Shown: piece after piece, positions 53,262-64,000 of the stretch
How positions within the stretch are numbered: the first letter of the stretch is position 1
Layout of the letters: each line of letters starts with the position of its first letter
Origin: Octopus sinensis
Lineage: Eukaryota
Length of the DNA: 64,000 bases
Reading direction: 5' to 3'
Assembly: GCF_006345805.1 (NCBI RefSeq)
Contig: NC_043007.1
Span: 60,884,001-60,948,000 of the forward strand
Translations under genes and position numbers: made by a program
The notes under the pieces: model-generated
What the model was told of the DNA's origin: nothing
The model's database searches: none
Seen by the model: only the letters and a program-made list of their open reading frames with translations

Positions 53262-55820
53262 TTGACTGCCAGAAGGGAAGCTAGGAGGCAGGTTTATTTA
53301 GCCAGAAGGGAAGCAGATAAGAAAAAATTTGCCAATGTTCTGCGCCGTGAGGACCAAAGACTTGAGGTATTTCGTGTTGCAAGACAGTGTGTGAGAGAGA
53401 TTCATAATGTTGTAGGAGAGAAGTGTGTTCACATGGATGATGGTTCACTTGCGCTAAATGAGGATGCAAAGAGAGAGGTTTGGAGACGCCACTATGAAAG
53501 GTTGCTGAATAAAGAAAAGGAATGAGAGAAAGAGAGTCTGCCAAATGTCGACCCAACAGAGGGACCAGCTATCCGAATTGACAGTACCTTGGTAGATAAA
53601 GCAATTAATAGTATGAAGACAGGGAAAGCCCCCGACCCATCAGGAATTACTGCAGAAATGCTCAAAATATCTGACAGTGTTGGCTATACCCTAGTCACCT
53701 GTATAATTAACCAGGTGATACACGAAGGAGTCATACCCAATGACTGGTGTAACAGTATAATAGTCGACTGCTACAAAGGTAAAGGTGACGCTTTAGATAC
53801 AAATAATTACAGAGGTATCAAGCTGTTGGATCAGGTAATGAAGGTCATGGAGAGGGTTAGTTTGGATGAGATGCAGTTTGGTTTTGTGCTAGGGAAAAGC
53901 ACCACATACTATATTCCTGGTAAGACAGCTGCAAGAGAAATACCTAGCCAAAGATAAGCCCCTGTACCTGGCTTTTGTTGACATAGAGAAAGCCTTTGAC
54001 AGAGTCCCCCCGATCCCTTATCTGGTGGTCATTGAGGAAACTAGGGATAGATGAATGATTAGTGAGAGCTGTGCAAGCCATGTACAGGGACGCTGTAAGT
54101 AAGGTGAGGGTTGGCAACGAGTACACTGAAGAATTCAGGGTAGAGGTAGGGGTCCACCAGGGTTCAGTCCTCAGCTCCCTCCTATTTATCATAGTCCTCC
54201 AGGCAATAACAGAGGAATTCAAGACAGGATGCCCCTGGGAGCTCCCCTATGCTGATGACCTTGCTCTAATTGCTGAGTCACTATCAGAACTAAAGAAGTT
54301 TCAGGTGTGGAAACAAGGATTAGAATCGAAGGGCCTTAGAGTCAACCTAGCTAAAGCCAAAGTCCTAATAAGTAGGAAGGCAGGCAATCCACAAATCCCT
54401 TCAGGTAGATGGCTCTACTCGATCTGTAGCAGAGGCGTAGGTAGAAACTCTATAAGATGTACCCAGTGTAAGCTATGGACACATAAGAGGTGCAGTAATA
54501 TCAAAGCTAGGCTAACGGGGAAGATAGTTTTTGTATGTGGCAGATGCTCGGGAGCAATAAACACTGAAAATGTGCAGAGAACAACTTACGCCACATTCCA
54601 GGGAGGAAAACTAGAATAAGTTGATAGCTTCCGTAACCTAGGTGACCAAGTCAGTAGTGGGGGAGGGTGTGCTGAAAGTGTAGCTGCTAGAATAAGAATA
54701 GCAGTTCAGTTCAGAGCTCTTACCTCTGCTGGTGACAAAGGGCCTCTCGCTCAGAGTAAAAGGTAGACTGTATGACACGTGTACGAACAACCATGCTACA
54801 TGGCAGTGAAACATGGGCTGTGACTGCTGAGGATATGTGTAAGCTCGCAAGGAATGAAGCCAGTATGATCCGATGGATATATAATGTCAGTGTGCATACT
54901 CGACAGAGTATAAGTACCTTGAGAGAAATGTTGGACCTCAGAAGCATTAGATGTGGTGTGCAAGAGAGATGACTGTGCTGGTATGGTCATGTGGCGAGAA
55001 TGGATGAGGACAGCTGTGTGAAAAAGTGCCACACCCTAGCGGTTGAGGGAACCTGTGGAAGAGGTAGACCTGGGATGAAGTGGTGAAGCACAACCTGCGA
55101 ACTTTAGGCCTCACCAAGGAAGTGACTAGTGACCGAGATTTTTGGAAATATGCCGTGCGCGAGAAGACCAGGCAAGCCAAATGAGACCATAATCTCAGGG
55201 GCGTAACCAGCCCACTTATGTGTACCTTTTCCTTCTTTGGACACTAAAACTCTGCTTGTGAAGACCTGTTCAGGCAAGTGAAATCAAATTTGATGACTGG
55301 CGCCTGTGCTAGCAGGGTGCAAAGAGCACCATACGAGTGTGATCGTTGACAGAGCAGCTAACTGGCTTCCATGCCAGTGGCACTTAAAAGGCACCATTCG
55401 AGCATGATTGTTACCAGCGTCGCCTTACTGGCACTTGAGCCTCATGCTAGTAGAGTATTAAGAGCACCATCCGAGCTTGATCATTGCCAGAGCGGCTATG
55501 CGGCCCCCGTGCCGGTGGCACGTAAAAGACACCATTCGAGCGTGATCGTTATCAGGATCGCCTTACCGGCACCTGTGCCGGTGGCATGTATAAAAGATTC
55601 GAGCGAGGTCGTTGCCAGTACCATCTGACTGGCCCCGTGCCAGTGGCACGTAAAAGCACTCACTACACTTTTGGACCGGTTGGTGTTAGGAAGGGCATCC
55701 AGCTGTAGAAACTCTGCCAGATCAAGATTGAAGCCTGGTGCAGCCATCTGGTTCGCCAGCCCTCAGTCAATCATCCAACCCATGCTAGCATGGAAAGCGG
55801 ACATTAAACAATGATGAATG
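53262..55820 (+). mobile_element. 5'-truncated RTE-clade LINE with long repetitive 3' UTR
   Basis: ORF pieces NYRGIKLL, VGVHQGSVLS, YADDLAL and MLHGSETW, with frameshifts. The 3' UTR has a tandem array and a catgctagcatggaaagcggacattaaac(atg)n tail. Confidence 0.92.
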
Positions 55821-56272
55821 CTTATTTATTCACATTTTAGAAAATTAACCATGCAGTATTTTGTAGTTTCAAAATTTTGAAGATGTAGTTTTTTAGAATG
55901 ACATTGTAGGGTATGTTTGAGAGACTGGATCTGGCCAGGTAGGATATTTGGGCTGGATATAGCCAGTTTAAATGCTAAAAGTTTAAATATGAATGCTTTA
56001 TTACATTCTAGTTGCAGCAAAATAATAATCAATGTAACCCTTAAAGTGTCATCGTTTTACTTGCATCCACTCTTTCCATGTTGGATACAGTCAGATACCC
56101 TTATCCATTTTTCAAGTAAGGTATTTTTATTTTACTGAGTTTCAAGGCATTATTTTTTTATGGCAGAGATAAACATAACATCACTCATCCAAATAATATC
56201 AATTTGAAAACAAAGATAAATATTCACATGTATGCGTGTTTTGTATGAATGTTTACAGACATAATTTAAGAT

Positions 56273-56422
56273 ATGATAATAATGAAATTATTGTATACAG
56301 TGCTCAGGTGCACCACAACTTGTCAGAAAGTGTGTATAAAGTATATGCAGTAATGTACAAATGTCTGGAAAGTGAACAATGTATGAGTCAGATATATGCT
56401 CGTATGTGTATGGAAGGGAGAT
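56273..56422 (-). mobile_element. CR1-group LINE 3' UTR fragment
   Basis: Near-identical to 44885-45025 (gtgcaccacaacttgtcagaaagtg...atgagtcagata). Confidence 0.9.
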
Positions 56423-57179
56423 GTAAGTAATAAATAATTAAATAAATTTTACAGAAATATAAAAAGGCACAGGAATGGCTACATACTTGTGAAGTTTACT
56501 TTGTTGTCATATGATTTTGGATTTCTTATGTGTAACATCTTGAGCAAGTAGGGTGACCAATACTTTGTGAGTGAAGTATGTATGTATGTATGCACACATC
56601 AACAGTGTTCTAACATCTGCTTTTCCATGCTTGCATAGGTCATACTGAAGTCATTGCTGTAGATTTTCTACAGCTGAATGCCCTTCCTATTACAAACACT
56701 AAGCTGTTTTCACAGATGTTGGAAATAAATGACATCACTTATATGAGGGTGGCATTTGTTTACAACTAATGTGCAAGGTCAAGCTAGCACATTAGGGAGA
56801 GACACACACAACATATATATATATATAAGTACATCCTCTAAAGCTTTCACATCATTAATATATTTTTCTTTTAAAGAATTTTAAATACTATTTTGATTGT
56901 AATCTGTTCTACATCTGTTTTCCCATGTTAACATGGGCTAGATAAATACATATATTGAGACATTGTTATACAGCCAGATGCTTTTCCTATCGCTAACCCT
57001 AACTGTTTCTCAAATAAGAGATTTTTTTTACTTCATGTCTTTCAAATTGCAGAGCTACCAGGTAATTTGTTGAGAGAGAATATCAAAAAATTTCACCATT
57101 TGTAGCTTAGTGCTTTTTCATGTGATGTGCAGAATGTAAACATTCATACAGATTTGCACACACACACATTATATAATGT

Positions 57180-58120
57180 AAGTATGGCTTGGTGGTTGAG
57201 AGGTTCAATCCCAATGTTTGGTACTTTGAGCAAGAGTCTTCTACGGAAGCCTTGATCCAACTAGGACCTTGTGAGTAGATTTGGTGAAGGGAAACTCTAA
57301 CAAGCCCATTGTATGGGTGTGTGTATGTTCTCTTTGTCTTGACATTGCACCACAGTTGTAAGCAAATATTACCATCATACTAGCAATCTCCATTTGCAAT
57401 CTTCCGTGAAAACATGTCACTATGAAGAAATAATACTTTGCTTGGAAAAATGTCAGTGATGAGAAAGGTGTCCAGTTATAGAAAAATCAGCTTTAATGAA
57501 TTCTGTCTGACCTATGCAAGCATTGAAAAGTGGACATCAAAACGCTGATGATGTTGATATATTTATATGATAGATTTCTTTCAGTCTCCATCTACCAAAC
57601 CCAGTCAAAAGGCTTTGGTGGGCCTGGGGGCTATAATAGAAAATACTTGACCAAGATGTCATGTAATGGTACTGAATCTAAAACTAAACATTTAACTATG
57701 GCATCAAACCCTATGACAAGGAATGTGTTCAACAAACCTTACTATTACATGTATTAGGAACAAGTGAAGCTGTATGGTAGGAAGTTTGCTCCCCAATGAT
57801 TCCCATGATTCCAGGTTCAGTTGCACTGCATGGCACCTTGGGCAAGTGTCTTCTACTATAGCCTCAGGCCGATCAAAGCTTTGTGAGTGGATCTGGTAGA
57901 CAGAAACTGAAAGAAGCCCTTCGTAGATATATGTGTGTGTGTTTTCCCCACCACCACTTGACAGCCAGTGTTGGTGTGCTTATATCCCTGTAACAATTTG
58001 GCAAGAACAACCAATAGAATAAGTACCAGGCTTAAAAAGAAAATAAGTATTAGTGTCAATTAGTTCAACTAAAATTCTTCAATGTGGCACCCCAGCATGG
58101 CCACAGTCTAATGACTGAAG
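57180..58120. mobile_element. Cluster of family-B SINEs
   Basis: Plus copies at 57180-57550 and 57765-58120; minus partial copy at about 57575-57690. Confidence 0.75.
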
Positions 58121-58879
58121 ATAATAGATGCATTGCATTCTACAAAGCCTATCTTAAGTGTTGTGTCCTACTCTGATTTATGTAACTGAGAAATAGGTAA
58201 CTTGTATATACATATTTGTCAACTCAGACAATGAACTCCAACAACTGAATAATTATATTTGTTGACCCTACTACATCTGAATTCATTGAGCAGGGCATCT
58301 GCTGTGACTAAGGTCAAACTAAGGAACTATACTACTGACATCTGCATACTCAAATATCAAAATAAGTTTAACATCATCACACACCTCCCTCTCCTTTATA
58401 ACTACTATTCCTTTCTTTCTTTTTATCATCTTCTCCCCCACCAAATACGGAATGCCCATATACCCCAACCAACCTTTGCATTGGTCAAAATTGATAGCCA
58501 ACCCTCATTTATACATCTACTGCTTCCATCGTTAATGCTATATCACCTGAAAAAATGAACACATGAATATAATCCATCTCACGTCCATGGATACCACAGA
58601 CTATACTGTAATCATCCCAGGAATACAGACTATGATTGTAAGAAAAGTGTGATTTGTGGAAACACACATAGTGATGCATTAAAATATTTATAAATTCCAT
58701 CCATGGATTGTTATTATTATTATTACAACACTTGTCCTACATTATATTAATACAGCTCAGTGCAACCCCAAAAAACTGCTCTTGCCAGACGGTATCATTA
58801 GGCTGTTGCTGGCATAATAAAATAGGAGCTTAAATATGCATATTCTTAAAGGATATATGTCATGCTATTATCATGAGGC

Positions 58880-59378
58880 TTTTTCATCTCATTGAATATG
58901 AAAAGAAAGGTCTATAGTTGTGTAAGAGTGGCAATGCTGTATGGGAGTGAGACATGGTGTTTGAGAGAGAGAGATGGCAATTTTGAGGACTGAGAGAGAA
59001 ATGTGTGGTGTGAGACTGTTTGATAAGAGGAGGATTGAGGACTTGATGGGGATGCTAGAGTTGGAGGAATCACTGGAATGGCTGGCAAGGGCAAATGGAG
59101 TGTGGTGGTATGGGCATGTGTGTGAGGAGGGATGAAGGGTATGTTCTGAAGTGGGTGCTACAGTTTGAGGTAAATGGACATCGAAAGTGAGGTAGACCAA
59201 GGAGATTGGGAGGGTTGGCTTGAGAGGGAAAGACGCCCAAAACCGGGCAAGATGGCGAAATGGTGTGAGGGTGGTTGCTATGGCATTGTGGTAAATCCAA
59301 CCACTCCCATTAACAGGGACAAAACCCAGATTTAAAATATATATGGAAAACAGACGTTAAACGATGATGATGATGATA
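58880..59378 (+). mobile_element. RTE-like LINE 3' fragment
   Basis: Encodes ..VYSCVRVAMLYGSETWCL..WYGHV..; ends in cagacgttaaac(gat)n. Confidence 0.75.
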
Positions 59379-59390
59379 TATATATATATA

Positions 59391-59984
59391 TCATCATCAT
59401 CATCATCATTTAATGTCTGCTTTCCATGCTGGCATGGGTTGAACAGTTTGACTGAGGACTGGCAATCTAGGAGGCTGCACCAGGCTCCAATCTGATCTGG
59501 CAAGGTTTCTACAGCTGGATGCCCTTCCTAACACCAACCACTCCAAGTGTCTAGTGGGTGATTTTTATGTGCCACTGGCACTGGGATTGGCGACACTTGA
59601 ATGATGGTTTCTACATGCCACTGACATGGGTGCCAGTCAGGTGGAACTGGCATCGCCCATGACTACGATTTCACTCGACTCAATGGGTCTTCTCAAGTAC
59701 AGCATATTGCCTGACAATTGAAGGGTACTTTTAAATGGGCCTGTTATGTGACACTGGCATCGACCATGGTTATGATCTCACTTGGCTTGCCAAGTCTTCT
59801 GAAGCACAGCATATCTCCAAAGATCTCGGTTGCTTGTCATTGCCTCTGTAAAGCTCAATATTCGAAGGTCATGATTTGCTACCTCATCCTATGTCTTCCT
59901 GGGTCTACCTCTTCCACAGGTTCCCTCTACTGTTAGAGTATAACACTTCTCACAGCTGTCTTCATCCATACACAATGCATGGCC
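59391..59984 (-). mobile_element. RTE LINE 3' end, related to the 53.3-55.8 kb copy
   Basis: Reverse complement matches gatgaggacagctgtgtgaaaaagtg...gggaacctgtggaagaggtagacc (55005-55070) and the 3' tail (55660-55815). Confidence 0.85.
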
Positions 59985-60024
59985 AGACTGATGATGAGCA
60001 ACGACTCAGAAACTAGTCTCTGGC
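59982..60024 (+). ncRNA. Minimal type I hammerhead ribozyme
   Basis: GCCAGA-CTGATGA-TGAG(caacga)CTCA-GAAAC-TA-GTC-TCTGGC. Helix I is GCCAGA/TCTGGC, the core is CUGAUGA + GAAA, helix II is 4 bp, helix III is 2 bp within the palindrome ACTAGT, and the cleavage triplet GUC is at 60016-60018. Confidence 0.8.
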
Positions 60025-60509
60025 TGCTGGCTCTGTTGAGTGGAGGTGCTTATCCCCCCCTTTGTAAACATAAGGACACAGGAAATGTCTCAAGACCAAC
60101 AGGAAGCAGTGCTTCCTAAGGCTAAATAGCAGTAGTATTCTTCCCTTTCATGAGACTGTCACATCAAGTTGACAACATACCACCACTTTATATATATACA
60201 TGTGTGTGTGTGTGTGTAGTTGAAAGTTGCCACAAGCAAAAGTGCTTAGGAATAAAACTTGCAAATATTCAAATTTGTAGAATTTTCTGTATGTTTCCTG
60301 ATTATGGTGGAATGGACATTAATACAAGTGGATGACGTATACTTCATGAAAAAGTGCTGAGAGGTTTTAGTTGTGGCTGCTTCTACCAGACGTACACCCT
60401 GGAAAATGACTTAATCAGATACAATCAGAGAAACTAAAATATTATTTTGTTTTGCAGCATTCTCTAATCTATGCTATGACTAAATAATTATCGCAACAAT
60501 AATAATTAT

Positions 60510-60950
60510 TTCTATGAAGCAGAAAGTCAACAATTTTGAGGATAAAGGGAAAGTTAATTACATCAACCTCAATACTAGATTAGTACAATATTTCATCAAC
60601 CTGAATGGAAGAAAGGCAAAGTTGACCTAAGCAGGATTTGAACTCAGAAGACCCAGGAGCAATACTACAAATCATTTTGTCCAATGTACTAATGATTTTG
60701 CCTATCCCTCATCATCACAACAACAATAATAATAATAAGGGTTTCTAATTTTGGTACAAGCTCAGCAATTTTGAAGGGAAGGGATTAGTCATTATCATTG
60801 ACCCCCTGTACTTGATTGGTACTGCATTTTATCAACTCTGGAGGATGAAAAATAAAGTTGGCCTCAGTGGGATTTGAACTTGGAACATAAAGAGCCAGAA
60901 CAAATACTTTACGGTATTTGTTCTGATACTAATGATTCTGTTAGCTGATC
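60510..60950 (-). mobile_element. Two tandem family-A SINEs
   Basis: Reverse complements of the family-A consensus (ggatttgaactcagaa; aaagttgacct). A similar pair lies at 36150-36450. Confidence 0.75.
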
Positions 60951-61556
60951 AGTAGTGACGATGATGCAGAGTTCTTCTCACCATTTTAGCCTAGAAACTC
61001 CACACATAATCTATACAACTGAAACATGAGTAATCTGTATTAAGAAACTAATCCAATAAGGACTTCCTTTACATTAAATCTATTCATCAATCAGTGTTTG
61101 AAATATAATTCTTTTCTCATTAGTAGCTAACTTGAATCCATAATACATATCAATGTGCAAGACTATTGGATTCCTGACAAATACTTTGACTAGAACTATG
61201 AACCAGATGCTAATAATCAAAGACAAGCTTCATGTTAACTAAGCTGCTTAACATATTCTTAGTTCAGTTTTTCTTATTAGTTTATGATAGAATTTCTAGG
61301 TTGTATAATCTAAATGCTAAACCATTTAGTATCAAGTTTTGCAAAAGATTAAGTGTGACACTTTTGTCATAGTGATGCAAGAAACAAATAATACGACAAA
61401 AGAAACTAACATTATTTGGAATACAGAAGTCAGATTAAATTTCAATTGGTTTTAATTTACTTCAAAAGTGAAGTTGGAGGTCTTAAAACATAAACTAAAT
61501 CTAAAATTTTTTTAGTAGTTTCTGCAGATTCTATTGTAACATTATGTCTCAATATA

Positions 61557-62397
61557 CAGGGTGTTTGGACTAAATTTGAGTTTGCTTAAAAAGAAAAGGA
61601 AACAATTACCCCATTCAAAAATAAAAGTATATTAAAAAATTTTTTTAAATATCAACTAGATTATAGCTGAGAGATAACAGTTTACTCAAAGTAGTCTCTG
61701 GAACCTGATGCATGCAATTCTCACGGTGCCTCTGTGCAGATCTTCAAATACCTCCTTGATCCTAGCCACCAGCTCAGCCTTCATGTTGCTAGAAGAGCAG
61801 TTTGTGTCTTTCTCAACTATGCCACACTCATAGTAATCCATGAAATTATAATCAGGGGAATTAGGAGACCAGAAATTGGACTAGTGAAGTGTAGAAATTC
61901 TCTAACAACCACTTCTGACTATTTCCAGAGGTATGGTAAGGATCCTAATTCTGCTGCCACACAATATGGTCTTCCAGCAGCAACCCTCTCCAGCAGCTTC
62001 ACATAGCATCTGAATTGAACTTAGGGCCCTATTCAAAGATGTGAGGCGGCATGACATCACTGTCACTGGAGACACATCCAAAGACTATCACCTTCTTGCT
62101 GGCCATGGCTTTGTAGTCTCCATTGCAGTTGTGCATGTCACACCTTACAGCCTTTGCAGTGTTCACATTGAGCATTGAGCAGCAGTCATGATGTCGGCAT
62201 TTTGATACTTGGTGCCAAACAATAAGATACAGATAAATCTTTTCCTATATTCAAATGACTTCCAGTCCTTCATGTCTTTTTCTCAACTACAACTTTAATC
62301 TTTATTCTTTCCAATGCCATTGACAACTCACCAAATACATCAAGCTGTTCCTGAAAATGGAGACAAAGTAATCCTCATATTTAGCCCTAACACCCTG
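61557..62397 (-). mobile_element. Internally deleted DD37D (maT-type) mariner-like transposon
   Basis: TA|CAGGGTGTTTGGACTAAAT...ATTTAGCCCTAACACCCTG|TA TIRs. Minus-strand remnants read roughly AGRPY.WQQ...SQKWLLENF...WSPNSPDYNFMDYY. Confidence 0.85.
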
Positions 62398-63234
62398 TAA
62401 GAGGCATTATGGTGGCAGAAGAAATAAGATCTTAGTCTCTTGATTTGTGAATTGAGATGGCACACTGAATACTTGGATAAACCTGTTAACTCCACTTAAG
62501 AAAATTAATGAATAAGCTACTTGGTTATGAAATTAACTTGTTAAATGACAATTGGTTGGTAAAGTATCTTAGTTTCCTCAAGGGGCCTATTTAGTCGTCA
62601 AACTCTAAATGAACTTATTGTCACTTGGTTTGATACAAAACTTAGTTTCCTCAGTTTAAATTGTATTGAGAGGAAAATGGTTAAGAGTAATAGACTCCAG
62701 AATATTATAATAAAGTTCATCATTTTATGTCTGTTTTTCTCATGCTGGCTTGAGATGGACAGTTGTTATAGCATTTTGTTTCAGTACTTATTTCAGTCCT
62801 TTGTCATCAAGCACAGAGCAACAGAGAAAACTACCAATCTTTGATACATTTTTTCTTTGCATGGTTTACAGTTAGATGTCCTTCCTATCAGCAGTCACTT
62901 TACAGTTTGAACTGATAATATTTTCTCAAGCACACTACAGGCAACACTAGACTGCCTGTCTGCAGCAAGACCAGAGTTGCTTCTATTCTTTATCAGATTT
63001 ATTTTGAATTATTGCTTCATTCATCCTTTTTAGGAAACAAGCATGGATTTTACAACTGGATACCCTTCTATTCACAAACCATTTTACAGCATGGACAATG
63101 TACAGTTTGTCTTGTTACTTTTCTGGAGACGTTATCTGTGTGATAGGACTAAAAGTTACCCACTAAAATTTAAAATACATGAGAAAAAAGGCAATAAAAA
63201 CCAACAAATTACTGATTCACTTCAAATATGTTAA

Positions 63235-63410
63235 TCTTTTTGACATCAACCAGCTTTGACCATTTATGATAGAGCCCACATTTCAACACAGAATGAACCA
63301 AACATCAAAAGGATAGACATAACTGTAGAGAACAGCAAATGCCAGGTCTGCAACTAGACTTGTGGATCCCACATTGGCCAACACAGTCATGTGTGGGTCC
63401 ACACAAAGTT
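63235..63410 (+). mobile_element. RTE 3' terminal remnant
   Basis: Reads ...CQVCN.TCGSHIGQHSHVWVH, the C-terminal C2H2-like motif of RTE/BovB ORFs. Confidence 0.6.
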
Positions 63411-63676
63411 AAATCTGGTGGAGAATCATTCTCAACCCTCAAGCATTGCTCTTGATGTTGAAGATCTGAACTAAGATCAGCTGTTCATATTTTTTTGTTA
63501 ACTGATTAATTGCACATAGAGAGAAACTAAGTAAATCATCAACTATGAATAAATAATTTTCTACTAACAAATCTTGTACATTCAAGCATATATGTGCGCA
63601 CATGTGTATGTGCATGTGTGTGTGTGTGTATATATATATGTATGTCTGTGTGCATGTATCTATAACATAAGATATA

Positions 63677-63731
<55 letters not shown>

Positions 63732-63734
63732 GGA

Positions 63735-64000
63735 CATCCGACTTACTAGAAAGAGCAGCTAAACTCCAAACCACTAATAGTTATAATTCTGAAATGGAAA
63801 GAGAAATAAAAACGTTTACCCTCTCCTTTCTGGACTATGCATAGTTTCGGCAATCTTTCGTAAATAAATTAATTTAATTAATTCATTTACCACTGGCGTT
63901 GCCTCGTCAGCAGAAAAGCCAAGGACTAACATATATCCACTAGGCGATGATAAACACGCCTCGAGTCTATATGCTATAAATTTTCAAAATCCACCACGCT
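63735..64000. promoter_or_regulatory. CpG-retaining unique segment at the window end (candidate promoter/first exon)
   Basis: About ten CpGs in roughly 270 bp after several kb that are almost CpG-free. Confidence 0.4.

Noticed and set aside
55508-55575. Superficial similarity of an RTE 3' UTR unit to a pistol ribozyme (hairpin-UAAA...GCG-UGAU..AUCA-GG)
   Set aside because: The bases before GCG cannot pair with the P1 loop, there is no P2, and the P3-like stem is not conserved in neighbouring units.
55298-55670. Repeat-spacer appearance reminiscent of a CRISPR array
   Set aside because: Eukaryotic LINE 3' UTR; the 'spacers' are homologous to each other and there are no cas genes.

Overview
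AT-rich, repeat-dense metazoan genomic DNA. The SINE families, RTE/CR1 LINEs and long (TA)n/(CA)n tracts suggest an octopus; this is an inference. Two spliced protein-coding genes lie on the + strand, and the ORF track only hints at them. The first is the last four coding exons of HDHD5/CECR5 (342-516, 12560-12605, 29723-29862, 32222-32642). The second is a complete three-exon kish-B/TMEM167B (46294-46303, 49323-49454, 51905-51987; 74 aa). The rest is mostly mobile DNA: two DD37D (maT) mariner-superfamily relics, three CR1-group LINE copies (one with an unbroken 557-codon RT ORF), several RTE LINE copies, a decayed Gypsy-like LTR element interrupted by a hAT relic, fold-back/MITE-like elements and many tRNA-derived SINEs. 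The most notable unannotated signal is a minimal type I hammerhead ribozyme at 59982-60024, with an intact core and a palindromic helix III. Also notable are a 75/76-bp intronic fold-back, a structured tandem array in an RTE 3' UTR and a duplicated RFX X-box match. Most ORF-track entries are microsatellite or antisense artefacts. Repeat boundaries were read by eye and are approximate; exon boundaries were counted base by base.
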